Origin: an uncultured Chloroflexia bacterium
Lineage (GTDB): Bacteria; Chloroflexota; Anaerolineae; Anaerolineales; E44-bin32
DNA: 64,000 nucleotides
Direction of reading: 5' to 3'
NCBI GenBank assembly: GCA_963807065.1
Contig: CAWDZQ010000001.1
Coordinates: 138,303-202,302 of the forward strand
The notes beneath the pieces were generated by a model that saw only the letters and a program-made list of their open reading frames with translations, ran no database searches and was not told where the DNA came from. Each line of letters starts with the position of its first letter. The stretch's first letter is position 1. This document shows positions 36,501-46,284 of the stretch, piece after piece. A program made the translations under genes and the position numbers.

Positions 36501-38680
36501 GGCTCGATTCCGCCCAGGGCGACAACCTTCATCAACCACAACCTGCGGGATCACCTGCGAAAAAACCGAATCCTGCGGAACCTCGGGCAGACAGCGAAGA
36601 CCAAGCTGGAACACCGGCAGCCATGGGCGCCCCACTGACCACGATCGCCGGCATTGGCCCCAAGTCGGCGAAGACCCTCCGAAAACTCGGCCTGGAAACC
36701 CTGGGGGATCTCCTCTGGCATCTTCCCCGGCGCTACGATGATTACTCACAGCTCAAGACCATCAATCGCCTATGGTATGGCGAAGACGTCACGATCATAG
36801 CCAGCGTTGACCAGATCCGCGTTCGCCCCGTTCGAGGCGGCAAAATGAAGCTGGTCGAGGCGGTTGTGACGGATGGAACCGGTTCACTCCGAGTGACCTG
36901 GTTCAACCAACCCTGGATTGCCACCAAACTCAAGCCTGGCCAGGCCGTCGTGCTCTCGTCCAGTGTGGACCAATACCTCGGCCATCTGACGATGAGCAGT
37001 CCGGAGTGGGAACTCCTCGAGCGGGAACAACTGCACACCAACCGCATCGTGCCCGTCTACCCCTTGACAGCGGGAATCACGTCCAAGTGGATGCGCAAAG
37101 TGATGCATTCGGTGGTCCTGCGGCTTGCACCACGGCTCCCTGATCCGATGCCGGCCCCGGTCCTCCAATCGACCGAGCTGATGGGGCTTGGTGAAGCGCT
37201 TATCCAAGTGCATTTTCCGGATGACCAGCCCAGCCTCGCCCGCGCCCAGAGGCGACTGGCATTCGACGAGATGTTCATGCTTCAGTACGGTGTGCTTCGG
37301 CAGAAGCAAACCTGGGAGCAGCTTGAATCGCGGGCCATGCCCGTATCGGACGAGTGGTTGAACCAATTCAAGGAGCACCTGCCGTTCGAGCTCACGCAGG
37401 CCCAGACTCGCGCCCTGGCCGACATCCGCTCCGACATGTCCGAGCAACACCCGATGAACAGATTGCTGGAAGGGGATGTGGGTTCGGGCAAGACTGCTAT
37501 TGCCGCGGCCGCGATTGGCATGGCAGCTGCCAATGGGTCTCAGTCGGCCATGATGGCACCTACCAGCATTTTGGCCGAACAGCATTTCAAGACCCTGAGC
37601 GGGATGCTGCCAACGGCCGGCGGTGTGGCTTCTGATGCGATTCGGCTCATTACCGGGGCAACCCCGGAGCCCGAGAAACAAACCATTCGCCAAGGGCTCA
37701 AGGACGGCTCCATCAAGGTGATCGTCGGGACTCACGCCCTTCTCGAAGACCCGATTGAATTCGCCGATCTCGGGTTGGCGATTATCGACGAACAGCATCG
37801 CTTCGGTGTGGAGCAACGCGGCACACTGAGGGCTAAAGGTGAGGCACCCAACCTGCTTGTCATGACCGCCACGCCCATACCCCGATCCCTGGCGCTCACT
37901 ATCTTTGGTGATCTCGAACTATCGGTCATCGATGAAATGCCGCCTGGGCGCATCCCGGTGGAGACGCGAGTATTGGCCCCCCTGGAGAGATCACGCGCCT
38001 ACAACTTCATCATCGGCCAACTCGAAGGGGGGCGGCAGTCCTTCGTCATCTACCCCTTGGTTGAAGAGTTTGACAAGATCGAGGCCAAAGCCGCAACCGA
38101 GGAATTTGACACGCTTCAGCAGAAGGTGTTCTTCAACTACAAGGTCGGGTTGCTGCACGGCAAGCTCCCCCAAGACGAGAAGGATCGCGTGATGGATGCC
38201 TTCCGCCGCGGGGAGTTTGATGTCCTGGTATCGACCTCCGTGGTGGAGGTTGGCGTGGACGTGCCCAACGCCTCCGTGGTCCTCATCGAAGGCGCCAACC
38301 GGTTTGGTCTTTCGCAGCTCCATCAATTCCGGGGCCGGGTCGGCCGCAGCCTGCACGCCTCGTACTGTCTCCTGATCCCGGACAGTGAACTCGAGCAGGA
38401 CAATGAGAGACTTAGGGCCATGGAATTGACGAACGATGGCTTCGAACTGGCTGAACTCGACCTGGCGCAGCGCGGTCCGGGAGATTTCTTCGGCTCTCGC
38501 CAGTCTGGCATGCAGCAGCTCCGAACAGCCAAGCTGACCGATGTCAAAATGATCGAGGTTGCCCGCCGCGCGGCCAAGGGCATCTTTGAAGACGACCCCG
38601 AGCTCGCCCGCCCAGAGCACCAAGGCCTATCTGAAGCCGTTGACCGCTTTTGGTCTGGCGGAAAGGGAGACATCAGTTGA
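36488..38680 (+). CDS. recG: ATP-dependent DNA helicase RecG
   Basis: GIGPKSAKTLRKLGLETLGDLLWHLPRRYDD, Walker A GDVGSGKT, DEQH box IIDEQHRFG and the TRG motif QLHQFRGRVGR. The canonical core would start at M 36623. The true start may lie in the upstream ORF. Confidence 0.93.
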   Translation: MTNQRLDSAQGDNLHQPQPAGSPAKKPNPAEPRADSEDQAGTPAAMGAPLTTIAGIGPKSAKTLRKLGLETLGDLLWHLPRRYDDYSQLKTINRLWYGEDVTIIASVDQIRVRPVRGGKMKLVEAVVTDGTGSLRVTWFNQPWIATKLKPGQAVVLSSSVDQYLGHLTMSSPEWELLEREQLHTNRIVPVYPLTAGITSKWMRKVMHSVVLRLAPRLPDPMPAPVLQSTELMGLGEALIQVHFPDDQPSLARAQRRLAFDEMFMLQYGVLRQKQTWEQLESRAMPVSDEWLNQFKEHLPFELTQAQTRALADIRSDMSEQHPMNRLLEGDVGSGKTAIAAAAIGMAAANGSQSAMMAPTSILAEQHFKTLSGMLPTAGGVASDAIRLITGATPEPEKQTIRQGLKDGSIKVIVGTHALLEDPIEFADLGLAIIDEQHRFGVEQRGTLRAKGEAPNLLVMTATPIPRSLALTIFGDLELSVIDEMPPGRIPVETRVLAPLERSRAYNFIIGQLEGGRQSFVIYPLVEEFDKIEAKAATEEFDTLQQKVFFNYKVGLLHGKLPQDEKDRVMDAFRRGEFDVLVSTSVVEVGVDVPNASVVLIEGANRFGLSQLHQFRGRVGRSLHASYCLLIPDSELEQDNERLRAMELTNDGFELAELDLAQRGPGDFFGSRQSGMQQLRTAKLTDVKMIEVARRAAKGIFEDDPELARPEHQGLSEAVDRFWSGGKGDIS

Positions 38681-39207
38681 GGATCCGAGCGCTGTTCCCT
38701 GGGACATTCGACCCGATTCACTACGGTCACATAGACATCGCCAGGCGGGGCGCCAACTTGTTCGACGAGCTCGTTGTCGGAGTGTACGACCGGCCATTGA
38801 AGAGCCTGCTTTTCTCACCTGAGGAACGTATTGCTCTGGTGAAGAGCGAGCTGTCCGAGATCGGCAACATCCGAGTTGTGGGCTACCAGGGCCTGACCGT
38901 CGATTTCTGCCACGAGATTTCCGCCAGGGTGATCGTCCGTGGCCTGCGCGTCTTCTCTGACTTCGAACACGAGTTCCGCATGGCGCTGGCCAACCACCGG
39001 CTCGCTCCCGATATCGAGGTTGTGCCCTTGATCACTTCCGAGGACCACACCTTTCTCACCGGAACAACAGTTCGGGAAATTGCCTCGTTGGGCGGCGATG
39101 TAAGCGATTTCGTCACCCCAGAAGTGGCCAAAGCCCTCAAGCGCCGCTTCGAAGAGCTTGGCGAAGAAGGCTCGGGCATGTTCTCCATTTCCTCACTGCG
39201 GGACTGA
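38677..39207 (+). CDS. coaD: phosphopantetheine adenylyltransferase
   Basis: ALFPGTFDPIHYGHIDI ... ISSTTVRE-like (TGTTVREI). The start is set at TTG 38677, overlapping the recG stop. The ORF-track start is 38650. Confidence 0.93.
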   Translation: MRIRALFPGTFDPIHYGHIDIARRGANLFDELVVGVYDRPLKSLLFSPEERIALVKSELSEIGNIRVVGYQGLTVDFCHEISARVIVRGLRVFSDFEHEFRMALANHRLAPDIEVVPLITSEDHTFLTGTTVREIASLGGDVSDFVTPEVAKALKRRFEELGEEGSGMFSISSLRD

Positions 39208-39305
39208 TGTGTTGACCGTCTGAACCATTCGGTGTACGCTTCGGCCTGAACCTTGCACCCTTAGCCGTAGGGCCGATCGACCGAAAAGGTGGACCGGAGG
39301 CAAGT

Positions 39306-39806
39306 ATGGATATCCTGCACCTGGTGGACCGCTTGGAGGAGCTCTTCAATGAGAGCCGCCCCATTCCGTTCACTCACAACGTGGTGGTTGATGAGGATCG
39401 CATTCTAGAGATCATCGACCAAATGCGCATTTCGATCCCTGAAGAGGTCAAGAAGGCACAACAGGTGATCGCGCAGCGCGACCGCGTCTTGGCTCAATCG
39501 CAGGAAGAGGCCAGCCGTACCATCAACCTGGCAAAACAAAAGGCCGACGAAGTCATTTCTCGGGATGCTGTCTCGCAGGCCGCGCAGGCCCGCGCCGAAC
39601 AGATCATTGAACAGGCTCGCGCCGACGCCGAAGGCGTCCGCCGTGATGCGGATCAGTACGTTATTGAAAGCCTTGGGGCGCTCGAGGCCGAGCTTACCCG
39701 GCTCCTGACCCAGGCCCGAAACGGGATTGCCAAGCTTTCCGCCGAGCGCCAACACCGCCTTCCCCAGGATGAATTGCCTGAGGCCGTCGACCAAGAGCAC
39801 GCCTAA
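39306..39806 (+). CDS. coiled-coil protein of unknown function (DivIVA / ATP-synthase-b-like composition)
   Basis: 166-aa ORF, A/E/Q/R-rich with heptad-like character, followed by a strong terminator. No specific family asserted. Confidence 0.6.
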   Translation: MDILHLVDRLEELFNESRPIPFTHNVVVDEDRILEIIDQMRISIPEEVKKAQQVIAQRDRVLAQSQEEASRTINLAKQKADEVISRDAVSQAAQARAEQIIEQARADAEGVRRDADQYVIESLGALEAELTRLLTQARNGIAKLSAERQHRLPQDELPEAVDQEHA

Positions 39807-39836
39807 TCTCATCGCGTTTTCCCCCTGAAATCAAAC

Positions 39837-39863
39837 GGGACAGTGCCCGACGGGCACTGTCCC
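39837..39863. terminator. bidirectional rho-independent terminator
   Basis: GGGACAGTGCCC-gac-GGGCACTGTCCC gives a 12-bp perfect stem. TTCTCTTTG follows on plus and GTTTGATTTC on minus. It sits between convergent genes. Confidence 0.65.
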
Positions 39864-39886
39864 TTCTCTTTGTGGGAAAAAGGATC

Positions 39887-41569
<1,683 letters not shown>

Positions 41570-41596
41570 TCATGCCTATTCTGGCTTCGCCCGTAA

Positions 41597-41638
41597 CAAA
41601 AAAGATGAAGCGCCGGCCCTTTGGGGGGTGCCGGCGCT
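41597..41638 (-). terminator. rho-independent terminator after the rpsP-KH-rimM operon
   Basis: Minus strand reads AGCGCCGGC-12 nt-GCCGGCGCT followed by TCATCTTTTTTG. Confidence 0.65.
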
Positions 41639-41741
41639 CAAGGCAATCTTCGTTGGATCCTACTTCCAGGGTGCATAAAGAAGTCTAGCACATGATTTCG
41701 GATGGCGTCAAGCCGGAAGTTGGCGGACTTTCCGTCGGAGG

Positions 41742-42299
41742 TTATTCCTGGATTTCGCGCAGTCCCGGGATGAGGATCACGGTGAGTACCCCTGCCTCCA
41801 GGTCAACCGAGCGGACGACTGAGCTGATGGCCGGGATAAGCAGATCCTTTTCCGCGTCGCGACTGACCACGTAGACATCGTTGGCTCCGGTCTCGATGAT
41901 CCTTGAAACCTTGCCCAGGAACTCGCCGACGTCGCTCTCCACGATCAACCCCAGGATTTGCCAATGGTAGTACGCCCCGGGGGTGAGATCCTGAATCTCA
42001 TCGGACCTGAGGCTTATCTCAGCCGCCCGAAGCACCTCGGCCTGATCCCTGCTCGCCACGCCCTCGAGGTCAACAAGAAACCTTTGCTGATGGGGCCGCG
42101 CTGCAGCCACCTCCATCGGCATGTGTTCTGCGCCGACAAAGACCGTCTTCCCAGGCGAGAGGCTTGCCATCAGCTCAGGAACCCCCTCAACCAGGATCTC
42201 ACCGCGAATGCCATGCGGACGAACGACACGCCCGACAACCAGGAAGGGTCCTGGCTGCCGGGCATGGGTTGGAGTTTTCTCAGGCGGTGTCTGGGCCAC
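41742..42299 (-). CDS. rimM: 16S rRNA processing protein RimM
   Basis: VVGRVVRPHGIRGEILV N-terminal barrel plus a C-terminal PRC barrel (YYHWQILGL...V). Located downstream of rpsP and the KH gene. Confidence 0.88.
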   Translation of the reverse strand: MAQTPPEKTPTHARQPGPFLVVGRVVRPHGIRGEILVEGVPELMASLSPGKTVFVGAEHMPMEVAAARPHQQRFLVDLEGVASRDQAEVLRAAEISLRSDEIQDLTPGAYYHWQILGLIVESDVGEFLGKVSRIIETGANDVYVVSRDAEKDLLIPAISSVVRSVDLEAGVLTVILIPGLREIQE

Positions 42300-42307
42300 G
42301 CGGGGTT

Positions 42308-42535
42308 TCAGGGGATGTCGAGCGTGGCCCGCGTCCCCTGCTGCGTGGCCGCCACCCGGAGCAAGGCGCGCATGGCATTGGCCACGCGGCCACCCCGGCC
42401 TATCACGCGTCCCTTGTCTTCATCGGCAACAATCAGCTCAAACCTGATCCGCCCTCGTTCGAGATGCTGCCGCACTTCGACTTGGGTCGGGTCGTCAACG
42501 AGTGACTTTGCCACGTATTCAATCAGTTCCTGCAT
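42308..42535 (-). CDS. KH-domain RNA-binding protein (UPF0109 / YlqC family)
   Basis: 75 aa. LVDDPTQVEV ... VIGRGGRVANAMRALL carries the GxxG KH motif. Conserved position between rpsP and rimM. Confidence 0.88.
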   Translation of the reverse strand: MQELIEYVAKSLVDDPTQVEVRQHLERGRIRFELIVADEDKGRVIGRGGRVANAMRALLRVAATQQGTRATLDIP

Positions 42536-42579
42536 GGCTCGATTCGCCTCCTGAAGACGAAATGGGTCTCTCGACGAGG

Positions 42580-43377
42580 TCAGTCCTTGCCTTCAGGTTC
42601 GTCGTCTTCTGAGACTTCTTCGTCTGCGTCGCCTTCCGGGCCCGATTCGTTGGCTTCATCCGATTGAGGCACCGTCTCGGCTTTCTCTTCAGGCACTTCG
42701 GGGGAATCCGCTTCAACTTCGGAATCGTCGTCAGCTTCTGGTGCAGCCGCGGCATCGGCTTCGGATTCAGCTTCTGCTTCAGCCGCAGTCTCTGTTTCGG
42801 CTGCAGCTTCAGGCTCGGCTTCTGCCTCGGCGGCAGTCTCTTCTTCGGCGGCGGTTTCAGGCTCGGCTTCTGCCTCGGCGGCAGTTTCTGCTTCGGCGGC
42901 GGCTTCAGGTTCGGCTTCTGCCTCGGCCGCTGCCTCTGCTTCAGGCGCTGCCTTGGGCTTAGCCTCAGGCTGACTCTCGGCTGCTTCTCCTTCGGCTTCT
43001 TTCGCCTTGGCTTTCTTCGACATTCGCGAGCGGCTGAAATCCTGTCGCCGCGTCCGCGGGTCCACTTCGGGTTGGGCGGCCTCGGCTTCTTGGACGAGGG
43101 TCTCGATCTCTTCGCCGGCCTTGAAACGTTCCCAGCGATCCCAGGTGCCCAGCGCATTCAATGCCGATCGGACGGCGTCCGTCGGCTGCGCACCGTTCTT
43201 TAGCCAGTGGAACAACCGGGCCTCGTCGACGGTCACTGTGGCCGGCTCGGTCCTTGGGTTGTAGTGTCCGAGGATCTCCAAGAACCGACCATCGCGCGGG
43301 CTACGTTTGTCCGTAGCCACGATGCGGAAACTGGGTTGGTTACGCGTGCCAACCCGACGCAATCTGATACGAACCAT
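42580..43377 (-). CDS. rpsP: 30S ribosomal protein S16 with a ~175-aa acidic Ala/Glu-rich C-terminal extension
   Basis: The N-terminal 85 aa are canonical S16 (MVRIRLRRVGTRNQPSFRIVATDKRSPRDGRFLEILGHYNP). The frame stays open for 265 aa in total. Confidence 0.9.
   Translation of the reverse strand: MVRIRLRRVGTRNQPSFRIVATDKRSPRDGRFLEILGHYNPRTEPATVTVDEARLFHWLKNGAQPTDAVRSALNALGTWDRWERFKAGEEIETLVQEAEAAQPEVDPRTRRQDFSRSRMSKKAKAKEAEGEAAESQPEAKPKAAPEAEAAAEAEAEPEAAAEAETAAEAEAEPETAAEEETAAEAEAEPEAAAETETAAEAEAESEADAAAAPEADDDSEVEADSPEVPEEKAETVPQSDEANESGPEGDADEEVSEDDEPEGKD
42748..42945 (-). repeat. 48-bp tandem repeat (~4 copies) encoding the 16-aa unit AAEAEAEPE(A/T)AAE(A/E)ET inside rpsP
   Basis: The plus strand shows repeated caggctcggcttctgcctcggcggcagt(c/t)tct(t/g)cttcggcggcgg(t/c)tt units. 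The protein shows 3 near-identical units and 1 degenerate unit. Confidence 0.85.
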
Positions 43378-43498
43378 GTGCTATCTCTCTCCTGTTGGTT
43401 GTCTCAATCGAAGAACACTTCCCCTGAGTTGTCTTGGAGAGAGGGACGAGCCGGAAGGAGGGCTCGACGAAATCCCGACGACACCCGGGCGTGGGTTC

Positions 43499-44821
43499 TC
43501 AACGGATCAGGCCGGACAGCTTGGGGAGACCCCGCTTGCCCAGCGTCTGGAAAACCTTGCGCATTTGCTGATACTGGCGCAGGGTCTGGTTGACTTCTTG
43601 GACGGTCGTTCCCGAGCCCTGGGCCACCCGCCGTTTCCGACTGGCGTTCAGGACTTTCGGGTTCCGCCGTTCATCCGGAGTCATCGAACTGATGATGGCA
43701 GCCGTATGAGCTAGCTTGAGTTCGGCCCCCTGTTCGTCGAACCCGTGCGCCTTACCGGCCAAGCCGCCCGGCAGCATCTCCAAGAGCTTCCCGACCGGGC
43801 CCATCTTTTGCACCTGGGCCAATTGTTGTGCGAAGTCCTGGAGGTCGAAATCTCCGCTGGCGAGGCGCCGGACCTGGTCTTCAGCCTGAGTAACATCAAA
43901 CTGGGCTTCCGCTCTTTCGAGCAGGCCGACCACGTCGCCCATGCCAAGGATTCGCGAGGCGAGGCGTTCGGGATCGAAGACTTCCAGGTCTTCCAGCCGC
44001 TCGCCCGTCCCAACGAATTTTATCGGAACTCCGCTCACAGCGCGCATCGAGATTGCCGCTCCGCCGCGCGCGTCCCCATCAAGCTTGGTCAGGATCAAGC
44101 CCGTGAGATCAAGCGCGGCGGCAAACCCCTGGGCAATATGCACCGCTTCCTGGCCCGTCATCGCATCGGCGACCAGGATGGTTTCGTTGGGCTCTACACT
44201 GGATGCCAGGTTCCGGAGCTCCTGCATCAACGTATCGTCCAACTGTGATCTGCCGGCGCTGTCGATGATTACAACCGATGCCGCCGCTTTGGTTGCGGCT
44301 TCCATCCCCCGGATGGCGACCCCGATGGGATCCAGTCCCGCCTCGTGAAAGACGGGGACCGCTGCGGACTCACCCAAGATCCGCAGCTGCTCGACGGCGG
44401 CGGGCCGCTGAATGTCGGCTGCCACCATCCACACTCTTTCGCCTTCACTCCGCAGCCGGGCGGCCAGCTTTGCCGCCGTGGTGGTCTTCCCGGATCCCTG
44501 CAGTCCCACCAGCAGGATCCGTCGCGGAGGCTGGCCGCTGAGTTGAAGCGGATGGGGTGGACCCAGCGTCTCGACCAGGCTATCAAAAAGGGTCTTGAGG
44601 ACCTGCTGGGACGGATTGAGCACACGAGCGACCTCTTCGCTCAGGGCTTGGATCCGGACCCGATCAAGAAGGGATTTGACCAAGGTGTAGTGGACATCGG
44701 CCTCCAGCAGCGCACGGCGGAGGTCGCTTAGCGCCTGGTCAATGTCCTTTTCACTGAGCTTCCCATGCCGGGCAAGCTCGCGAAAGACGATTTGAATCCG
44801 CTGAGTCAGCGTTTCGAACAA
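43499..44821 (-). CDS. ffh: signal recognition particle protein Ffh
   Basis: GLQGSGKTTT, DTAGR-type (IIDSAGR), TKLDGDARGGAA and a C-terminal M domain. TTG start with a GAGGAAA SD. Confidence 0.96.
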   Translation of the reverse strand: MFETLTQRIQIVFRELARHGKLSEKDIDQALSDLRRALLEADVHYTLVKSLLDRVRIQALSEEVARVLNPSQQVLKTLFDSLVETLGPPHPLQLSGQPPRRILLVGLQGSGKTTTAAKLAARLRSEGERVWMVAADIQRPAAVEQLRILGESAAVPVFHEAGLDPIGVAIRGMEAATKAAASVVIIDSAGRSQLDDTLMQELRNLASSVEPNETILVADAMTGQEAVHIAQGFAAALDLTGLILTKLDGDARGGAAISMRAVSGVPIKFVGTGERLEDLEVFDPERLASRILGMGDVVGLLERAEAQFDVTQAEDQVRRLASGDFDLQDFAQQLAQVQKMGPVGKLLEMLPGGLAGKAHGFDEQGAELKLAHTAAIISSMTPDERRNPKVLNASRKRRVAQGSGTTVQEVNQTLRQYQQMRKVFQTLGKRGLPKLSGLIR

Positions 44822-44926
44822 AGAGATGTTTTCCTCAGATGCAATCCGCCGATCGGACTCTGCCTGGGGCAGCAGCCGGCCGGCGGTGACATGGTCTGTG
44901 ACTAAGATGGCCCGTTTGGCACGTTC

Positions 44927-44955
44927 ATTCTAGCCGCGAGCCAAGTGGCGGTCAA
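44927..44955 (-). promoter_or_regulatory. candidate sigma-70 promoter for ffh
   Basis: Minus strand reads TTGACC-(17 nt)-TAGAAT, about 100 nt upstream of the ffh start. Confidence 0.4.
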
Positions 44956-45003
44956 GGGAGGCGGGAACCAACGCCAATTCGAGCATCAGTTTGGAACCCC
45001 TAT

Positions 45004-46284
45004 TCAAGGTTGGGGCTGTGAAGCCGCCGCGATCAATTGCCGGCCGAGGTCACGGGCCTGGATCGCATCCGCTTGCTCAAGCGCCACGACGACAACGACT
45101 GGCGTCTCTTTCGACAGCGTGGCCCCTTCATACCATCCCAATTGCGAGTCTCCCGAGCCCGAGATGGCATAGCCCTTCATCTCGATGCTCTGTCCGTCGG
45201 GGCTGGTCAGGGCAACCCGGACGGGTTGGGTCGGCGCCGACGACAAGGCAATCGTGGTCTGCGACTCCGGCGGCACGGCCTCCCAGTCGGAACCGGGCGC
45301 CCGAACCGCCTCCACGATCTGCAGAGCGGGAAGGCTTCCATCGGTTGCGATCGCGGCAAAGGCGCGGGCCATTTGGAGCGGGCTGACGGTCAGTTGGCCC
45401 TGACCCACCGCCTCCAAGCCGACCTGGGATGCTGGAATTTGGGTCGATATGCGCCCGGCTGCGGCCTCGAGGCGCACCGCGGGCTGGACCCCGAAGCCAA
45501 AGGCCTTGGCCATGGCCAGCAATTCATCAGCCCCAAGACTCTTCCCGAGGTCATAGAATGGTTGGGGGCACCCCGCTCTGAGCGCTGCCGCATATGTGCC
45601 CTGCGCGCCTTCAGGGAGTGGCTGGAGACACTTCAGCGCCTGGCCCTCCACCGCCACAGGTGAGCTCATGGAAGGGGCCGCCCGATCCGGAACGATGGCT
45701 CCCGATTGCAGACCCCACGCGAAGACAAATGGCACGATTGCCGTGCCGGGCTGGTATTCAGCCTGGCTGGCTCGATTGAGGAGGGGTGAGAGGTCGCTCC
45801 CCGTCAGCGATGACCACGTTTCGTCGAGGTGGTTGGGGTCAAAAGAAGGCGAAGACGCCATGGCGAGCAGCCGGCCGCTGATGGGATCGAGCACTACAAC
45901 TCCGCCTACTTTCCCGGAGAGCGCCTTCATCGCCAGGGACTGAATTCGGCCATCCAGTGTGAGCTTGACGTCGTATCCCGGTGGCGGCGTCCCTTGGACG
46001 AGCTCATGCCAAGAGATGGTCAAGGCATCGTAACCCGATTCGCCTCGCAGATAGGCGTCCATCGACAGCTCGACCCCGGATTGGCCATAAATGGTCGAGT
46101 CATATCCAACCACTGGGGCCACCGCCGAGTCCGGATAGTTGCGCTGAAAGTCGCCCCGCCCGCCCACAGTCTCCGCCAGTTGATCCCCGTTCCGGTCGAG
46201 AATCTGGCCCCTCGGGGACACGGTTTCCGCCAGCGCCCGGCGCGGATTGTCCGTCCGATTGACCAAGGCCGGCGCCCGCTGAAA
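45004..46284 (-). CDS. class B penicillin-binding protein (transpeptidase) module; lacks its own TM anchor in this frame
   Basis: RGQILDRNG and a transpeptidase-type fold sequence. The active-site region was not dissected motif by motif. In its own frame the N-terminus (MDSPWRGWRSPPCWAGGR) has no hydrophobic helix. See the junction finding. Confidence 0.85.
   Translation of the reverse strand, partial: FQRAPALVNRTDNPRRALAETVSPRGQILDRNGDQLAETVGGRGDFQRNYPDSAVAPVVGYDSTIYGQSGVELSMDAYLRGESGYDALTISWHELVQGTPPPGYDVKLTLDGRIQSLAMKALSGKVGGVVVLDPISGRLLAMASSPSFDPNHLDETWSSLTGSDLSPLLNRASQAEYQPGTAIVPFVFAWGLQSGAIVPDRAAPSMSSPVAVEGQALKCLQPLPEGAQGTYAAALRAGCPQPFYDLGKSLGADELLAMAKAFGFGVQPAVRLEAAAGRISTQIPASQVGLEAVGQGQLTVSPLQMARAFAAIATDGSLPALQIVEAVRAPGSDWEAVPPESQTTIALSSAPTQPVRVALTSPDGQSIEMKGYAISGSGDSQLGWYEGATLSKETPVVVVVALEQADAIQARDLGRQLIAAASQPQP

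Noticed and set aside
36500-36741. 3' part of ORF 36121..36741 as real coding sequence overlapping recG
   Set aside because: The product is RFRPGRQPSSTTTCGITCEKTESCGTSGRQRRPSWNTGSHGRPTDHDRR..., which has out-of-frame character. It lies entirely inside the well-supported recG frame.
42519-43203. K/P/R-rich ORFs (42519..43157 minus, 42664..43203 plus) and a possible CRISPR-like periodicity
   Set aside because: They are alternative frames of the 48-bp coding repeat inside rpsP. The repeat units are contiguous with no spacers, and they lie in frame with a canonical S16 N-terminus. This is not a CRISPR array and not separate genes.
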